DNA of 56,491 bases from assembly GCF_964213995.1 (NCBI RefSeq), contig NC_135828.1, positions 20,708,001 through 20,764,491 on the forward strand, read 5' to 3'. The notes under the pieces were generated by a model. That model saw only the letters and a program-made list of their open reading frames with translations, was not told the origin of the DNA and ran no database searches. The stretch comes from Mustelus asterias (taxonomy: Eukaryota). The translations under genes and the position numbers were made by a program. Below are positions 9,641 to 23,215 of this stretch, one piece after another. Numbering within the stretch: the stretch's first letter is position 1; every line of letters starts with the position of its first letter.

Positions 9641-10759
9641 GAGCGAAATTCTCCCAGTTCCCTGCCAGTGGGTACGATAATGGGCATGAGGGGAGAACAT
9701 GATGGGAAATGGGAATGTGGACACATGAGAAGCGTTTGAGGACTATGGGTCAGTACTTGATGCAATTTAGAAGGATGAGGGGGTTCTCACTGTAACTTAT
9801 AGAATACTGAAAGGCCTGGATAGAGTGGACACGGAGAAGGTGTTTCCATTAGTAGGAAAGACGGATCCAATGGCACAGTCTCAGAGTAAAGGGACAACCC
9901 TTTAGAACTGAGATGAGGAGGAATTTCTTCAGCTGGAGGATGGTGAATCTGTGGAATTCATTGCCACAGAAGGCTGTGGAGGCCAGATCAGTAAGTGTGT
10001 TTAGACAGAGAGAGCGAGGTTCTTAATTGGTAAGGGGATCCAAGGTTATGGGGAAAAGTTGGGAGAATGGGGTATCAGCCATGATTGAATGACGGAGCAG
10101 ACTTGATGGACTGAATGGCCTAATTCGGCGCCTATATCTTTTGGTCTTATGGAGACCCAGAAATCAGTTTCATACCAGCGTGAGCTTACAGCAGGATCTT
10201 CTGCTGGTGACCCCCCCCCCCCCCCATGCCAGATTCACCATGATGCCAGCGAGAAACACATTTGGAATAACATGGCGTGCAGATGTTGGGACTCACCTGA
10301 ACAATGTTTGGGGCTGCCTCCAGAGTTCAGGATGGCGGCTGCACACCAGCCTGGACCCTGGGTCGGGCGAACGTCTGCAGATGGACCTTCCAGATGCGGT
10401 GTCCTGGAGAGGGTCCATCTTGCAGCCTTAGAATGTTTCAGAAGATCCATCTTCATTCTCAGGAGGTCCACCTTCCGGTCTCAGAGTGCTCCCGGAGTTC
10501 TATCTGCATTTTCAGGCGGCCCACCTTCTTTCTCCAATAGTGGGTCAGTGAAGTTGGGCGCCTTTTCAAACATGGCAGCTGGTTACGATGACAGTCTAAA
10601 GTGCCATCCAAGCCTGCCATGCCACTGAATATGGCGTAAAACATTCTGGTGCATAATTAATGAAGCCGGGGCTAGAGGATTTGGCCTCAGCAGCGGGAAA
10701 CATTCCACCTTCCTGCCCCCGCCACGGCCCTTAGCCTTAAAATGGGAGAATTCCGTCCT
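9641..10759. mobile_element. Non-autonomous TIR element interrupted by a CR1 fragment (about 9716-10150, +)
   Basis: Termini gagcgaaattctccca ... tgggagaattccgtcc; the internal CR1 3' piece ends in a CR1 tail. Confidence 0.6.
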
Positions 10760-11230
10760 ATGATTTGTGTCAATATTTTGCACATCAGAAAATGAATCAG
10801 TGAATTTTGAGTGAATGTGCACTGCAAAGCAAAGTGTAATGTTACAAAATAGTGCAATGGGAGATGGTTGTGGTTGAAAAACTGCGAATTAGTGTTTGGC
10901 CGTGTCACCGCATAGGAATAGTAGCTGCGGCATAGAGAATCTTGAACATTTGTAGAAAGCTGGTGAGACACAGTTGAGCCCACAGATACACAATGATTCA
11001 ATAGCAATTCATTAAGAATTTTCTAAAGTCAGAATTTCTAACTTAAAACTTGAAAATGGTGTTAAATATTTGTAGCATTCAAAAGTAGCCTGCATGGAAC
11101 ATGGAACAGGTTCTCTAAATAGTATTTTGTGTTTTAAAAAATATATTTCTAGAGTAAGATTCAAAATCAGTAAATTTTTGTCACATGCTTCCAATTCTTC
11201 TGTTTGACCACAATATATGAAATGACACTT

Positions 11231-11510
11231 GGGCCGGAGTTTTACTGGCACGCCCACCCGAGGCTCGTAAGGTCACGCCCGAGGCCAATGGAGAATGCTG
11301 TTCTGCTGTGCCTCGCCTGCCCCGATTCCGGGGCGGGTGTGCCGGTAAAATCAGGGCCCTTGTTCCTGCATAAAACGCCTGGGTCTGCCTGTCACGAGTC
11401 ATTGGCTGGAATTCTCCGGCCAGTCACGATTTGGCGCACAGCCAAATCTCCGTTCCATGCAACGGAACCGGAGATTCCCAGCCGACGGTGATGTAGGAGA
11501 ATCGGGCCCA
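11231..11510. mobile_element. Two adjacent MITE-like elements
   Basis: TIR pairs gggccggagttttac/gtaaaatcagggccc and ggctggaattctcc/ggagaatcgggcc. Confidence 0.6.
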
Positions 11511-11677
11511 TTATTAACACTGTACAGAGCTCAATGTATTGATGACTGGTACCAATGTGGACTAATGTGGACTAGGTTTCTGAGTTAATGTTTGTCATTT
11601 CTAAAGTGCAACAGGGTACTTTTTTGGTAAGCAGCAAGTAAATTTTGTTCCTAATATTGTTGTGATAATTTTTCTAG

Positions 11678-11758
11678 GGAAAATTGGATGCCTTATGGGC
11701 TCTTTTTCGCAGAGGTTATGATCAAGTATCTCTGATGAGGCCACAGCCTGGGGACAAG
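11678..11758 (+). CDS. ANTXR1: ANTXR1-like exon ([27 protein letters not shown])
   Basis: tttctag acceptor, gtaaaa donor, 81 nt in phase 0/0; matches the ANTXR GKLDALW...MRPQPGD motif. Confidence 0.95.
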
Positions 11759-11934
11759 GTAAAATCAGTCATAAATATATCTAAATATCTTTACAGCACA
11801 GAATGACATGCTAGTTCACTCCTGATTACTGTATTTAGCAATCTTGCTGCAATCAATTCCAGTCAAATTACTAGAACTATGATGCCAATTTTTGCATTCT
11901 TAATTTCTGAAATATACATTTATACATATGTTAT

Positions 11935-12140
11935 ATAGAATCGTAGAATTCCCTACAGTGCAGAAGGAGGCCATCTGGCCCATCTAGTCTGCCGCGATTT
12001 TCCAACAGAGCATCTTACCCAGGCCCTGTCCCCGTGATATTTATCTGCTCATCCCTCTAATTTACACACCTTGGCACGCTAAGGCAATTTAACATGGCCA
12101 ATCCACCTAAACTATACATCTTTGGACACTAAGGGGCTAA
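11935..12140 (-). mobile_element. HE1-type SINE 3' half
   Basis: Tail ctacagtgcagaaggaggcca plus 52-bp units. Confidence 0.8.
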
Positions 12141-12899
12141 TTTCAAATTTAGAATTACATTATCCCACTTGTGCAGTAAACAAATGTTATTGATTTAAGT
12201 AACGATATGTTGGAATTAATAATTCCGGTGAACTTGTTTTGCCATTAGCTTTTCCAATTATTTGGATATATAGTACAGGATACTTTGCCATATTTTGCCA
12301 ACTGAATCAGTAACGAACAAATAATCTGGTTAGTAAAAAAAGTATTTGTTAAAATCCTGATAAAATAAATCTTAGAACTAAGTATAATTTTAGTAGAGTG
12401 AAGCATAAATACTTCACTAAGAAGCTCTTAAAAATGAAATGGACATTTAACTGATCTGTTTCCTGTCTATTGTTGCTGTAATATTTGGATTTCAAAGAAC
12501 CTCCTAACATTTTTTTGCCTTTTAGCCAAGATAAATATTAAATGGATAGTTATGGGAAAAGGTGCATAAATCAATGTGTCATTTCTTTTCCTATCTTTTA
12601 ACCTGTCTTTTCATCCGTGGGGAACAAGGTGATGACATGATGTAGAACTAAAACAATAGGGGCAGATGACCTGGTTTCCTACACCATAGCTTACTTCGTG
12701 TTGGAATCAAAATTTTACTTGGATCATGATTTTTGTAAACCACAAGAATAGCTCATTTGCATGTGGTTGCACTTCAGACATTCCAAACATTTCACAGTGC
12801 AATCATAGTGAAAACAGCAGTAAATATTCAAAATAACTTTTCTCTGGTAAAAAGTATTTGACTACATCTTGCTGACTGTGAACAGTGTGGTAAGTCTAT

Positions 12900-13680
12900 A
12901 GGACCAATTATAACTTGGTTCACCGAGCTATCCAACAACATCTTGATTTTAAATTCTCATTCTCCTGTTTAAATTTCTCTATGCTCTTGCCCCTCCATAT
13001 CTCTATGAGAACCGTAGAAGGCTGAGGGGTTATCTTATAGAGATCGATAAAATAATGAGGGGCATATCAGCTAAATATCTTTTCCCAAAGGTAAGGGAGT
13101 CTAAAACTAGAGGGCATAGGTTTAAGGTCAGAAGGAAGAGATACAAAAGGGTCCAGAGGGGCAATTTTTTCACACAGAGAGTGGTGAGTGTCTGGAACAA
13201 GCTGCTAGAGGTAGTAGTAGAGGTGGGTACAATTTTGTCTTTTAAAAAGCGTTTAGACAGTTACATGGGTAAGATGGGTATAGAGGGATTTGGGCCAAGT
13301 GTGGGCAATTGGGACTAGCTTAGGGGCTTTTTAAAAAAGGGCAGCATGGACTAGTTGGGCTGAAGGGCCTGTTTCCATGCTGTAAACCTCTATGACTCTA
13401 TAACTCTGTGACCTCTTAACTCTGGACTCAATGTGCATTCACACTTCCTTTGCCCCATCGTTACTGATCATGCCTTCAGCAGTGTAGGCTCTAGGCTCAA
13501 GAATCCTCTCCTTAAACCTCTCCATCTCTCTTACACCTCTAAGCCATTCCTTAAAAGCTAACTCTTTGACCAAGCTAACTCCTTCTTTTGCCCACTGCCC
13601 ATTTTCATCTGATTACGCTTACATGATGCACCTCGGGGTGTCCGACTACATTAGGGAACTATATCATTGCAAGTTATTGT
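12900..13680 (+). mobile_element. L2-like 3' fragment with nested CR1 3' fragment (about 13005-13402)
   Basis: CR1 peptide RGHRFKVR...FFTQRVVSVWN with (ctctatga)n tail; flanks resemble an L2 3' end (ccttaaa...ctctttgaccaagct). Confidence 0.7.
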
Positions 13681-14762
13681 GAGATTGAGGGTAAACTGCA
13701 GGCAAAATGCAAATTTTCTTGATTCACAGAAAACTCTGTTTAAAAAAAATGCACTCTATAAAACAAATCCGCAGGAACGTTCTTTCTCTGACGAATTGGA
13801 TACAGAGGGAGTCAAATGTTGTTTAGAATCTGGTCTTAGACTGTTTTACTTTGTTGTTGGTGGTAATCTCTTGGTAATTTTCTTGCTGCTAAAACTGTAT
13901 GGGCAACTTGTACATTTTCAAATATGTTCTGATGTGGACAGGATATTGCAGTCCTAAGTTTTTGTGTCTCCTTACGTGAAGTAGGTCAAGATGAACAGAC
14001 AAGTTTATGTAGCCTGTTTCTGATTGACAGTTCGATTTCAGATCAAATGCTTATTCGTGATGCTCTAGAATAAAGCAATTCCATCGGTGCGCAGCATTAG
14101 GTCATTTCTGTGGTCTTCACAAAGCTGTGGCACCACATCCTCGCTGAAAAACTGAGGTTTTGTGTCATGTTGGCCAACTGGACATGCACGCTGCTATCAG
14201 ACTGTTCAGTTTCATTGTGCGACAGTTATGCAGGGTTCCTCGAAGAGATATACTTTGCACCACTGCGCCTCTCAGCTCCATCAATGACTTGGAGGATGTC
14301 GCTTGCTAGCAACGTGAACTTCCCTGTGTGTGAATGAATTAGAAAAAGACACCAGGCTAGAAATTGGATAGCCACAGTTTTTAGCCGCAAGATTGCAGAA
14401 CATGACCTGCCCATTCAGGGGGAGATGGGCAACACGTAAACTTGGTGTACCCACCTCATTTGGGTGATTGTGGAGTTTGCCTGAATGGCTCCCCTGCTGC
14501 TATCCTCTCCTAAATGCTGCCTGTGGCCTCGGTGCTCTATAGGGGTACCAGGCAACATTGTTAGCAAACCGTGTGATTCAGCTAGCCTGCTCTTCTTAAA
14601 GGCAGGCCACCTATCTTAAAGGTAAAACAAGCACATAATTGAAGGTCCCATTGATAAGAGCTTGCCTTCTGACTCTCTTAAGACTTGACCTATGTAGAAC
14701 TGAAGTTCTACAGTTGGACATGATGATGTTCTTTGCCAATGGTTGTCCATTAGCCTCTTCTA

Positions 14763-14890
14763 TGGGCGGAGTTTTATGGCCTCGCTCAACCCGAGACCAG
14801 AAAATCCCGCCCGAGGTCAACAGACCTTCCCATTGTCCACTCCTGGCCCGCTCTGATTCCCCTCGCAGACGGGGCAGTAGAATTCCGGCG
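14763..14890. mobile_element. MITE-like element
   Basis: gggcggagtttta ... tagaattccggc termini; related to copies at 8888-9006, 11231 and 47969-48095. Confidence 0.6.
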
Positions 14891-15082
14891 TAAAGTGATC
14901 TTTCAGATGTTGACACGGTGATACTGTGACACCCCCACCCCACCACACCACTGATTTCTACAAATATCTGATTCTTTGCTGTAACGTTACAATGAGCAAA
15001 CCTGCCTCATTATATTACTCTGAAGCCCTTGCTCATGGCTGACTCAAGGGACCATGATCCTGAGCTTGCAACTTTAGACATA

Positions 15083-15219
15083 GGGCTGGATTCTCTGACT
15101 CCGCTCGCAGCCAGGATTCTCCAGTCCCGCTGCAGTGATTGGAGATTTGGCTGAGCACCAAATTCTCCATTCTCACTGGCAGCGGGAGTGGGATGAGAAC
15201 GGCCAGAGAATCCTGGCCG
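15083..15219. mobile_element. MITE-like element
   Basis: ggctggattctctg ... cagagaatcctggcc TIRs. Confidence 0.65.
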
Positions 15220-16149
15220 TAGTTTTTTGTTGAGTGAGCTTTACAGGAATTAAAGATCAAGTTTGCACCCTTCCCACTGCCATTAAGTGTCATAAAGAAT
15301 TCCAACATTGTGTTTTTATTTAATTTATTTGTACTGTTGCAGGTTTGATTATCTTAAGGTATCACCCGTGACAATTCCCTGTGGGCAGGCAAGATCGGAA
15401 AATTTACCTCAAATGTTTATCTAAATTTTCCCACCATAGTGACTATGCTAAAATCTTTCTTGTTTTATGAATGTTAGCAATACATGGGATAAAAACTGAC
15501 AGCTTCAGTTTTTTTCCTATCTGATTTAAAACTCATGAAAAATGCGGTTTTTTAAATTGGCAATAAAATGATTCTTGATTATGTGAATGTGGTGAAGAAC
15601 AGAATATTTGACTGGAGGAAGTGGTTGAGTGCTGGAAAATTGAAATGGAATGATCAGCATTGTAGGTTAATGAGTTTATCCCTGTATGAATCTAATTCAG
15701 ACACTTCGAATGTTTGGAAATACTTGCGAAACTCTAGCTCTTCAGTATCTCTGTGAAGATATTTGTCCCAATTTCATTAGCATTCACCTTGAATGCAAAT
15801 ATGTTGAAAGAAAATCCTCATAAATAATCAAACAACAATAGTTGCTGGTAATTATTTTCAGCTTGTTGATTATTTAAAGGTCTGGTGAACTTTCTTTCTC
15901 CGACGGAAGTGCAGCTTGGACCTATCCTTTGCAGACTGTGATGAAATTGAGATTTCGAACAAAGAATTCTTGTCCTACATATAACATCACATTGGTGTTG
16001 TCTTTCAGTTGTGGCATTAAGATATTGCCACAGGGATCTGAGAATAACTGATTATGTTCCACTATTATAACCTATAAAAACAACTTCATAATAATAAACT
16101 CATTGTGTACTTTTGGTATTTATGAACATTCAATTACATGAATCTATTC

Positions 16150-16480
16150 TAGGTGTGTTTGTGCATGTGTGTGTGTTTTATGTTTATGTATATGTATATG
16201 TGTTTGTATGTATGTGTTTGTGCATGCGCATGTGTGTGTTTGTGTATGTACATGTGTCTGTTTGTGCATGTGTTTTATGTATATATATATATGTTTGTGT
16301 ATGTACATGTGTTTTATGTATGTGTATATATATGTTTGTATGTGCATGTGTGTTTGTGTATGTACATGTGTGTTTGTGTATATGTTGTATGTATATGTAC
16401 ATGTGTGTGTTTGCATGTGTGTATGTGCGCGTGCGTTTGTACATGTGTGTTTGTGTGTGCATGTGTGCACGCATGTGTAC
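16150..16480. repeat. TG/TA-rich degenerate microsatellite
   Basis: Alternating purine-pyrimidine low-complexity tract that generates spurious ORFs in all frames. Confidence 0.95.
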
Positions 16481-17439
16481 TACAAATAATAACCATAAGT
16501 CAATAAAACTTGACTTGGTGATGCTTTTGAAAAGCTATAGTTTTGCAAATATTTTGTTTTGTGAGATAGTGGCTGGAATTCTCTGATCTCGCCCATGGGT
16601 GGGATTCTCTGGTCCCACGGCAGTGATTGGAGCTCTGGCTGAGCGCCAAATCCTCTGTTCTCGCTGGCAGCGATAGCTGGGCGTTGGAGACCAGAGAATT
16701 CTGGCCAGTATGTGGGTCAGTCACATTGCATTCAATGCACATAGCACCACTTTGGAATTGTTAATTTGATCCCTGATTCTTGCAAGGTGTTTTCCAGTTG
16801 TTACAATGCTTGTAATATGCATGACTTTCACTGGCACAACTACTGAATCAGTTCAGCTTCCTGAAACTTTATATTGTATAATATGTGTTGCCAAATATGC
16901 ACCATCAACATGTGACATATTCATTTGGCATTAGTATTTTAACTAAGGGTGGATTTGGATCCACTATCCTTTCAAAGAGGTAGGAGAATGGAAAGAAAGA
17001 CTAAATTTAGTGACAAGAACTATTACCGCCCCAGTCTGAATTTGTTGCTGGTTCTAATAGCAGCCCATTTTCCTCCCATCTATCTTTTCTACACTTCTCC
17101 CCAAGTCTATTAGATGAATCATAGCAGTGGGGACAGTTCATGATGAGAATGAGCCTATAAGGAGATTTGAGAGAGAGGTCTTGGCATAGATCTCCTCACC
17201 TTCTGATTAGTCTTTAGTAGGTAAACAATCTTGACTAAGGCACTCAGTCAGTCTGTTGATCTTGTCTTCAGGGCACTTGAATGCTGCTTCATACCTCTGG
17301 GTGCTACAGCAACGGCCCCATTTCAGCACTGCTGAGTTTCTCCTGGGAGTTGTTGGTGAGCATTCACAGGACATCTGTCCTGAACACCTAACATCCCAAA
17401 CCAGGGGAGCTGAGTCATGATGGGTGAGGTCAGAAGTCC

Positions 17440-18010
17440 TTCAGAGGTAGGTTGAAGAAATCCAATACTCCCTTGCTCTTCTTCAAAATAGTGGATCATA
17501 GGATCCCTAAAGTGCAGAAGGAGGCCATTCGGCCCATCAAGTCTGCACGGACTCTCCAACAGAGCATCCCACCCAGACCCTATCCTGGAGCCACACATAT
17601 TTACCATGACTAATCCTCCTAACCTACTGATCTTTGGACTCGTAAGGGGCAATTTAGCATGGCCAGTCCACCTAACCAACGCATCTTTCAACTATGGGAG
17701 GAAACCAGACCACCTGGACACACAGATGAGGGGAGAACATGCAAACTCCGCATAATCACCCAAGGCTGGAATCGATCCAGGTGGCGCTGTGAGGCAGAAG
17801 TGCTAACCATCTTGCCATCTTTTACATCCGCCTGAGAGGTCAGAGTTAAACGGCTCATCTGAATGATGGCACGTCGCACAGTGATGGCACCTCGCACTGA
17901 ACTTCCTCAGTTCAGCACGGGAGTGTCAATCCAGATTTTTATGTTCATGTTTTGGAGTAGGACTTGAATCCACTGTCTTCTGACTCAGATGAAAGAGTGC
18001 TACAAGCTGC
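17440..18010 (-). mobile_element. Deu-domain SINE (SacSINE1/AmnSINE-like) with nested HE1 SINE (about 17497-17820)
   Basis: ctcttcttcaaaatagtg ... tttacatcc ... ctcatctgaa ... cctcagt Deu core is split by an HE1 copy. Confidence 0.7.
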
Positions 18011-19825
18011 GCTAACAGTTAAAACCAACGGATTTCCTGTATTATTGGCCAAATCCTCAAATGGCCAATTAGCTGTGCATTATGTCGGGAGTAACTGCAC
18101 ATCGTTAGTTAATAGATTCAGCTGTTATAATTATATGCAGCACAAATCCTTTATCTTCTAATTCTACAGTGAATGTTAATCAAGGAAGCTAAAAATCAGC
18201 GCATTGCTAATGATTCGACACATAACACGTCTGACAAGGAAGGCGTCACTCAGTTTCTGCGGAAGAAATTGGTTTCTGATTTCAGTCAACTGTTACATAA
18301 TGTATGGATCTGTTCCTTCCTCTTGCAAGTATAGCCCTATTGAGCTTTCTGAATAGGCTGTACCGTCCAGCTGTATTCTGCAACGTACATCCTGTCCCAC
18401 ACACAAATTCTGGTTAATAAGCCCACGTCTTCCTTTTGCCAACTTCTCACAATGAATACATTACATCTTCTGTTTGGACAGAACCTCCTTAAAGATTCAC
18501 AAAACCAGCATTGAGGGGGAGGGGGAGAATGGTTTAAATTAAATTGAAACACTTTTTAGATTTGGTGAAAGGATAGTGTATTATGCAGAACAATAACATA
18601 ACAATAACTAATGAGGCCAGGAAACTGCAATAAAAAGTGAATATCTGTCGGGTTTTTAAAAAAAAATTCTTTTGCATGACTCCCAGCTGCAGGTTTATGC
18701 GTGTACTTTGATTTTCTTCAAAGTTTTCTTCTTCAGTTAACCAATATTTACACAGAGTGGGAAACTAGTAATCAGGGCGCTGCATGTGTCTGAAATAATA
18801 CATGATGTCACCGGTTCAAAATATAATCCTCAAAAGATCGGTGACAGATCATTTTCCTTCCACGCAACAAGTGATTCAGCCGTCATGACACAGTGAGCGT
18901 GTGATGTGGCTCTTGCTAGTATCTTGACCCCACGCTGAAAGTAAGCAAAGTTGATTTTTCAAACTATTCTCACACATCCCCGGTGAGCCTCTCCATTGGG
19001 GGTCGCGCAAAAAGAAAACCCAGACAATTCTCTGTTTTGTTAACGGCAAATTTTTTTTTTTAAATGTTCAAGTAACATTCCACCAAGGAAAAGACTTCTG
19101 GAATATTAGTACACTAGCAGGACGTGTGACCACAGCATTCGCAGCCCGCATGTGTTCTCAATCTGAACAAATGCTAGCGGCATGATTAGTATTTGGAAAC
19201 CACGAACCAGCAAGCTGGAAAAACAACAGTATTCTCTTAAATTAGGGAGTCTTGTTTTCTCACTGATTGAATGATGAAAACTGGTCCAGGTTCAGTAAAA
19301 TTGCAGGTGTCATCGGCCGTATTAGCCGAACTTGCCAATCGCTCAGCGACAAAGATGAATCTCAGCCGTAGTTACCAATCAAACTTGTGTGGCTTGAACC
19401 AGCAATCTTTCCACTTTCTTGGAGTGGCTGGTAGACATGGAGCAGGACGTGACATTCAAGTTTCCTAAAGCTGTTTTGAGATTTGGGCGATACTGACAAG
19501 GCACGCTTAATACCTGTCATTAGCTGCATTGAAGAGGTGAAAATAGAACTCTTTGAAGTCATATGGTTCTTCTTCAATGGTGTTATGTAGGGAATTCTAG
19601 GATATTTCCCAGCAATAATGAAGGAATACTGATATATGTCCAAATCAAGCTAGTGTAAGACTTGGAGGGGAACTTGTAATGGTGGTCCCCTGCTATGGTT
19701 GCACTTGTCTTTGTCAAACATTGAGATTGTGGGGCTGTGAGGTCAAAATAAGCTTGGTGAGTTGTTATAGTACATCCTATAGATCGTACATGCTGTAGCC
19801 ACAATGTCTGATAATGGAAGGAGTG

Positions 19826-20120
19826 TTTAAAGTTTATTTATTAGTGTCACAGGTAGGCTTACATTAATACTGCAATGAAGTTATTGTGAAAATCTCCTAG
19901 TCGCCACACTCTGGCCGGCGCCTGTTTGGGTGCACTGAGGGAGGGTTTAGCATAGCCAATGTACCTAACCAGTACATCTTCAAGATTGTGGGAGGAGCAC
20001 CCAGAGGAAACCCATGCAGACATGGGGAGAACGTGCAGACTCTACGCAGGCAGTGACCCCCCCGAATCAAACCTGGGTCTCTGGTGCTGTGAGGCAGCAA
20101 TGATAACTACTATACCACCG
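19826..20120 (-). mobile_element. V-SINE, tail type B, inside an older LINE fragment
   Basis: Same head and V-domain as HE1 but ends in ...gtaagcctacttgtgacactaataaataaact-type tail. Confidence 0.8.
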
Positions 20121-21009
20121 AGTGGGTATTGAATCCATTGGCAGGGATGCCAATCAAGTGGACTGTGTTATCCTAGATGGTATCACGTTTACTAAATGTT
20201 ACTGTGGTTGCACACCCAGGTAAGTGGGGAGTATTTCACCTTATACCTTGTAAGTGATGGCAAAGTTTTGAGGGGTCAGGAGGTGAACCCCACACTATCA
20301 AGCGCCCAGCTTGCTGCAGTGTTGATATGGGTACAGTTGAATGCCTGGTCAATGAGATCCCCACCATGTTAAGAGCAAGAGACAGTTAAACCGTGATTTA
20401 GACAACTCCCTACTTCTAAACTTGCCAGTAGTCATCAACTATTGCTGGCAAAATGGTGGTTGTAGCAAATATTTTTCTCAAATAGATCTTGTTAAATCTT
20501 CCCCTCTCCAGCAGTTTGCATTCTATCAGCAGCATGTTTTGAAATATATGTCCTGACTTTTTCAGTCCCCCTAATATTGAAGGAGGCTTACAATTCATTC
20601 CTGTATCACTTGACTATGCAGTCACCATGGGTGGGATTTTCCAGCTGTTCCTGCCAGCGGGATATTCTGGTCCTGTTGATGATGACCCACCACAGGTTCC
20701 CCAGCACGAGAGTATGAGAACAACAGGAAACCCCATTGACAGTGGGCAGGACCAGAAGATCCTGCCGCCGCCAGACAATGGTGGACTATCTCCGTCACCT
20801 CCGAACACACAGTGAAAATCTCCTAGTCGCCACACTCCAGTGCCTGTTCAGGTACACTGAGGGAGAATTTAGCATGGCCAATTCACCTAACCAGCAGAAA
20901 CAGAAGATCCCACCCCAAGTGTCCAGCTCATTGGCACTGTTTTATATTGAAGTTTGGATTAAATTGCCAGTAGCCGAAGCATTTATCAAAAGTACAATGT
21001 ACAGGAAGA

Positions 21010-21440
21010 AAGATCGATCTACATTTATGTAGTGCTTTTACTGACCATTGGATTTCTCCAAGTGTGTTATAGCCAGTGAATTAGTTTTGGAATGCTGTTT
21101 ACAATTTCTGTTGTAATGTAGAAATCCGGCAGCCAATTTGCACACAGTCCCACAAACAGCAATGTGATAACAACCAAATGATCTATTTTTGTGATGTTGA
21201 TTGAGGGGTAAATGTTGGCAGGACGTCAGGTATAACTCTCCTACTCTTCTTCAAAATAGTGCTTTGGGCTCTTTTACATCCACCCAAGAAGGCAGATAGG
21301 GCTTTGGATGGAAGCCTCATCTGAAAGATGGCACTTTCAACAGTGCAGCACTCCCTCAGTACCTTACCGGAGTGTCAGTCTAAGTTTTTGTGCATATGGC
21401 CTGAAGTGGGTATTGCAAATTCAATCTTGTGATACAGAGG
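21010..21440 (-). mobile_element. Deu-domain SINE (SacSINE1/AmnSINE-like), near full length
   Basis: Deu core cagtgcagcactccctcagtac...gtgtcag and tail ggcagccaatttgcacaca...cccacaaacagcaatg. Confidence 0.75.
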
Positions 21441-21469
21441 TTAGAGTGGTAGGTACTCCAATAAATTCA

Positions 21470-21700
21470 CTCTCTTTCTCTCAGTCATTCCGTCTCTCTT
21501 TCTCATTCACTCTCTCTTTCTCATTCACTCTCTCATTTTTTTCCTGCTCTCGATCTTTCTCAACCATTCTCTCTCATTCATTTTCTTTCTCTTTTCATGT
21601 CTTTTCATGCTCTCTCTCTCTCTCTCTCTCTGTCTCACACATTCATTCTCTCCTGTGTGTGCATCTGCCTCTCAGTTTTACCTCTGTCTTTCACTCGATC
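21470..21700. repeat. TC-rich microsatellite/low complexity
   Basis: (TC)n and tctcattcactctc repeats. Confidence 0.85.
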
Positions 21701-21709
21701 TCTGACCAG

Positions 21710-22011
21710 CCATTCAGACCTGAAATGGCCAATCGAGCCTACACCGACAACAATTCCACCCAGGCCCTATCCTCGTACCCAACATATTTACTTTGCTAAT
21801 CCCCCGACACTAAGCAGCAATTTAGCATGGCCAATCCACTTAACCTGCACATCTTTGAAGTGTGCGAGGAAACCAGAGCACCTGGAGGAAACCCACACAG
21901 ATACGGGGAGAACATGCAAACTCCACACAAGCAGTCACCCAAGGCCGGAATTGAACCCAGGTCCTTGGCGCTGTGAGGCAGCAGTGCTAACCACTGTGTC
22001 ACCGTGCCGTG
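21710..22011 (-). mobile_element. HE1-type SINE
   Basis: Full head (gcacggtgacacagtggttagc), V-domain and tail. Confidence 0.85.
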
Positions 22012-22389
22012 CTCATCTTTATTCATTTCTATCTCTTTCTTTCTGCCTTTAAATAAACAAACTGAAAATTGTTTACCGATCAAAACTTGCCTCAAAAAAA
22101 GGTTCCAGGATTCACAATTTCATCATGTTCTGAGGTTTTTGGGAAAGTAAACTTGTAATGATTCCTTCCTGAGGCTCTGGCAGTTTTATTATAGATTTTT
22201 GCCTGCTGGACTTTCTAACACTTGCTCAGACTGCGGCTTTCTGGATATCATCCCTTGAATTTCCAGTGCCAGACCCTCAGCTCTGCAATTGCCTCTGTAA
22301 CCTGCTCCACCTTTCTTTCCCCCTTTAAGACCCTCCTATTTGACCAGGTCTTTAGTCACCTGCCCTGATATCTCTTTATTTGCAGGCAA

Positions 22390-22815
22390 ATTTTGGCCCC
22401 TCCAGAGGAGGACTTTGCAAGGTTTTGTTTTGCTGTTGTCTTTTCCGGTGCCTGGGTCGATGCCAAGTGGTCCGTCCGGTATCATTTCTTTGTTGAGACT
22501 TTGTAGCGATTGATACAACTGAGTGCATTTCAGAGGGCAGTTGAGAGTCAACCACATTGCTGTGGCTCTGGAGTCACATGTAGGCCAGATCAGGTAAGGA
22601 GGACAGATTTCCTTCTCTAAAGGATATTAGTGAACCAGATGGGTTTTTCCGACAATGGTTTCATGGTCTTCAGTAGACTCTTAATTTCAGATATCTTTTA
22701 TTGAATTCAAATTCCACCATCTGCCGTGGTGGGATTCGAACCCAGATCCCCAGGACATTATCTGGGTTTCTGGATTAATAGTCAAGCGATAATACCACTA
22801 GGCCATTGCCTCCCC
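22390..22815 (-). mobile_element. tRNA-derived SINE group 3, long variant
   Basis: Head ggggaggcaatggcctagtgg...ggttcgaatccc; body shared with copies at 29510, 30690, 33619 and 40597. Confidence 0.8.
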
Positions 22816-22894
22816 ATTTGTTTGAACACGCACTTGTGGAGCACCTTGGGGTACTTTACTATGTTAACAGTGTTACATAAATGCAAATCGTTGC

Positions 22895-23215
22895 TCATAG
22901 AATTCCTACAGTGCAAAAGGAGAACATTTGGCCCATCGAGTCTGCACTGACTCTCCAAAAGAGCATCCCACCCAGGCCCCCTCCTCCACCCTGTCCCCAT
23001 GAACCCATGTAAATACCATGGCCAATCCACCTAAACTACACATTTTTGGACACCAAGGGGCAATTTACCATGGCTAATCCACCTAACCTACACATCGTTG
23101 GGCTATGGGAGGAAACCAGAGCACCCGGAGGAAACCCATGCAGACATGGGAAGAACGTGCAAAATCCACACGGTCACCTAAGGCCGGTATAGATCCCGGG
23201 TCCCTGGCGTTATGA
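22895..23215 (-). mobile_element. HE1-type SINE
   Basis: Tail, two 52-bp units and V-domain. Confidence 0.85.

Noticed and set aside
16113-16586. Six overlapping Cys/Val/Tyr- or His/Thr-rich ORFs
   Set aside because: Artefacts of a TG/TA microsatellite.
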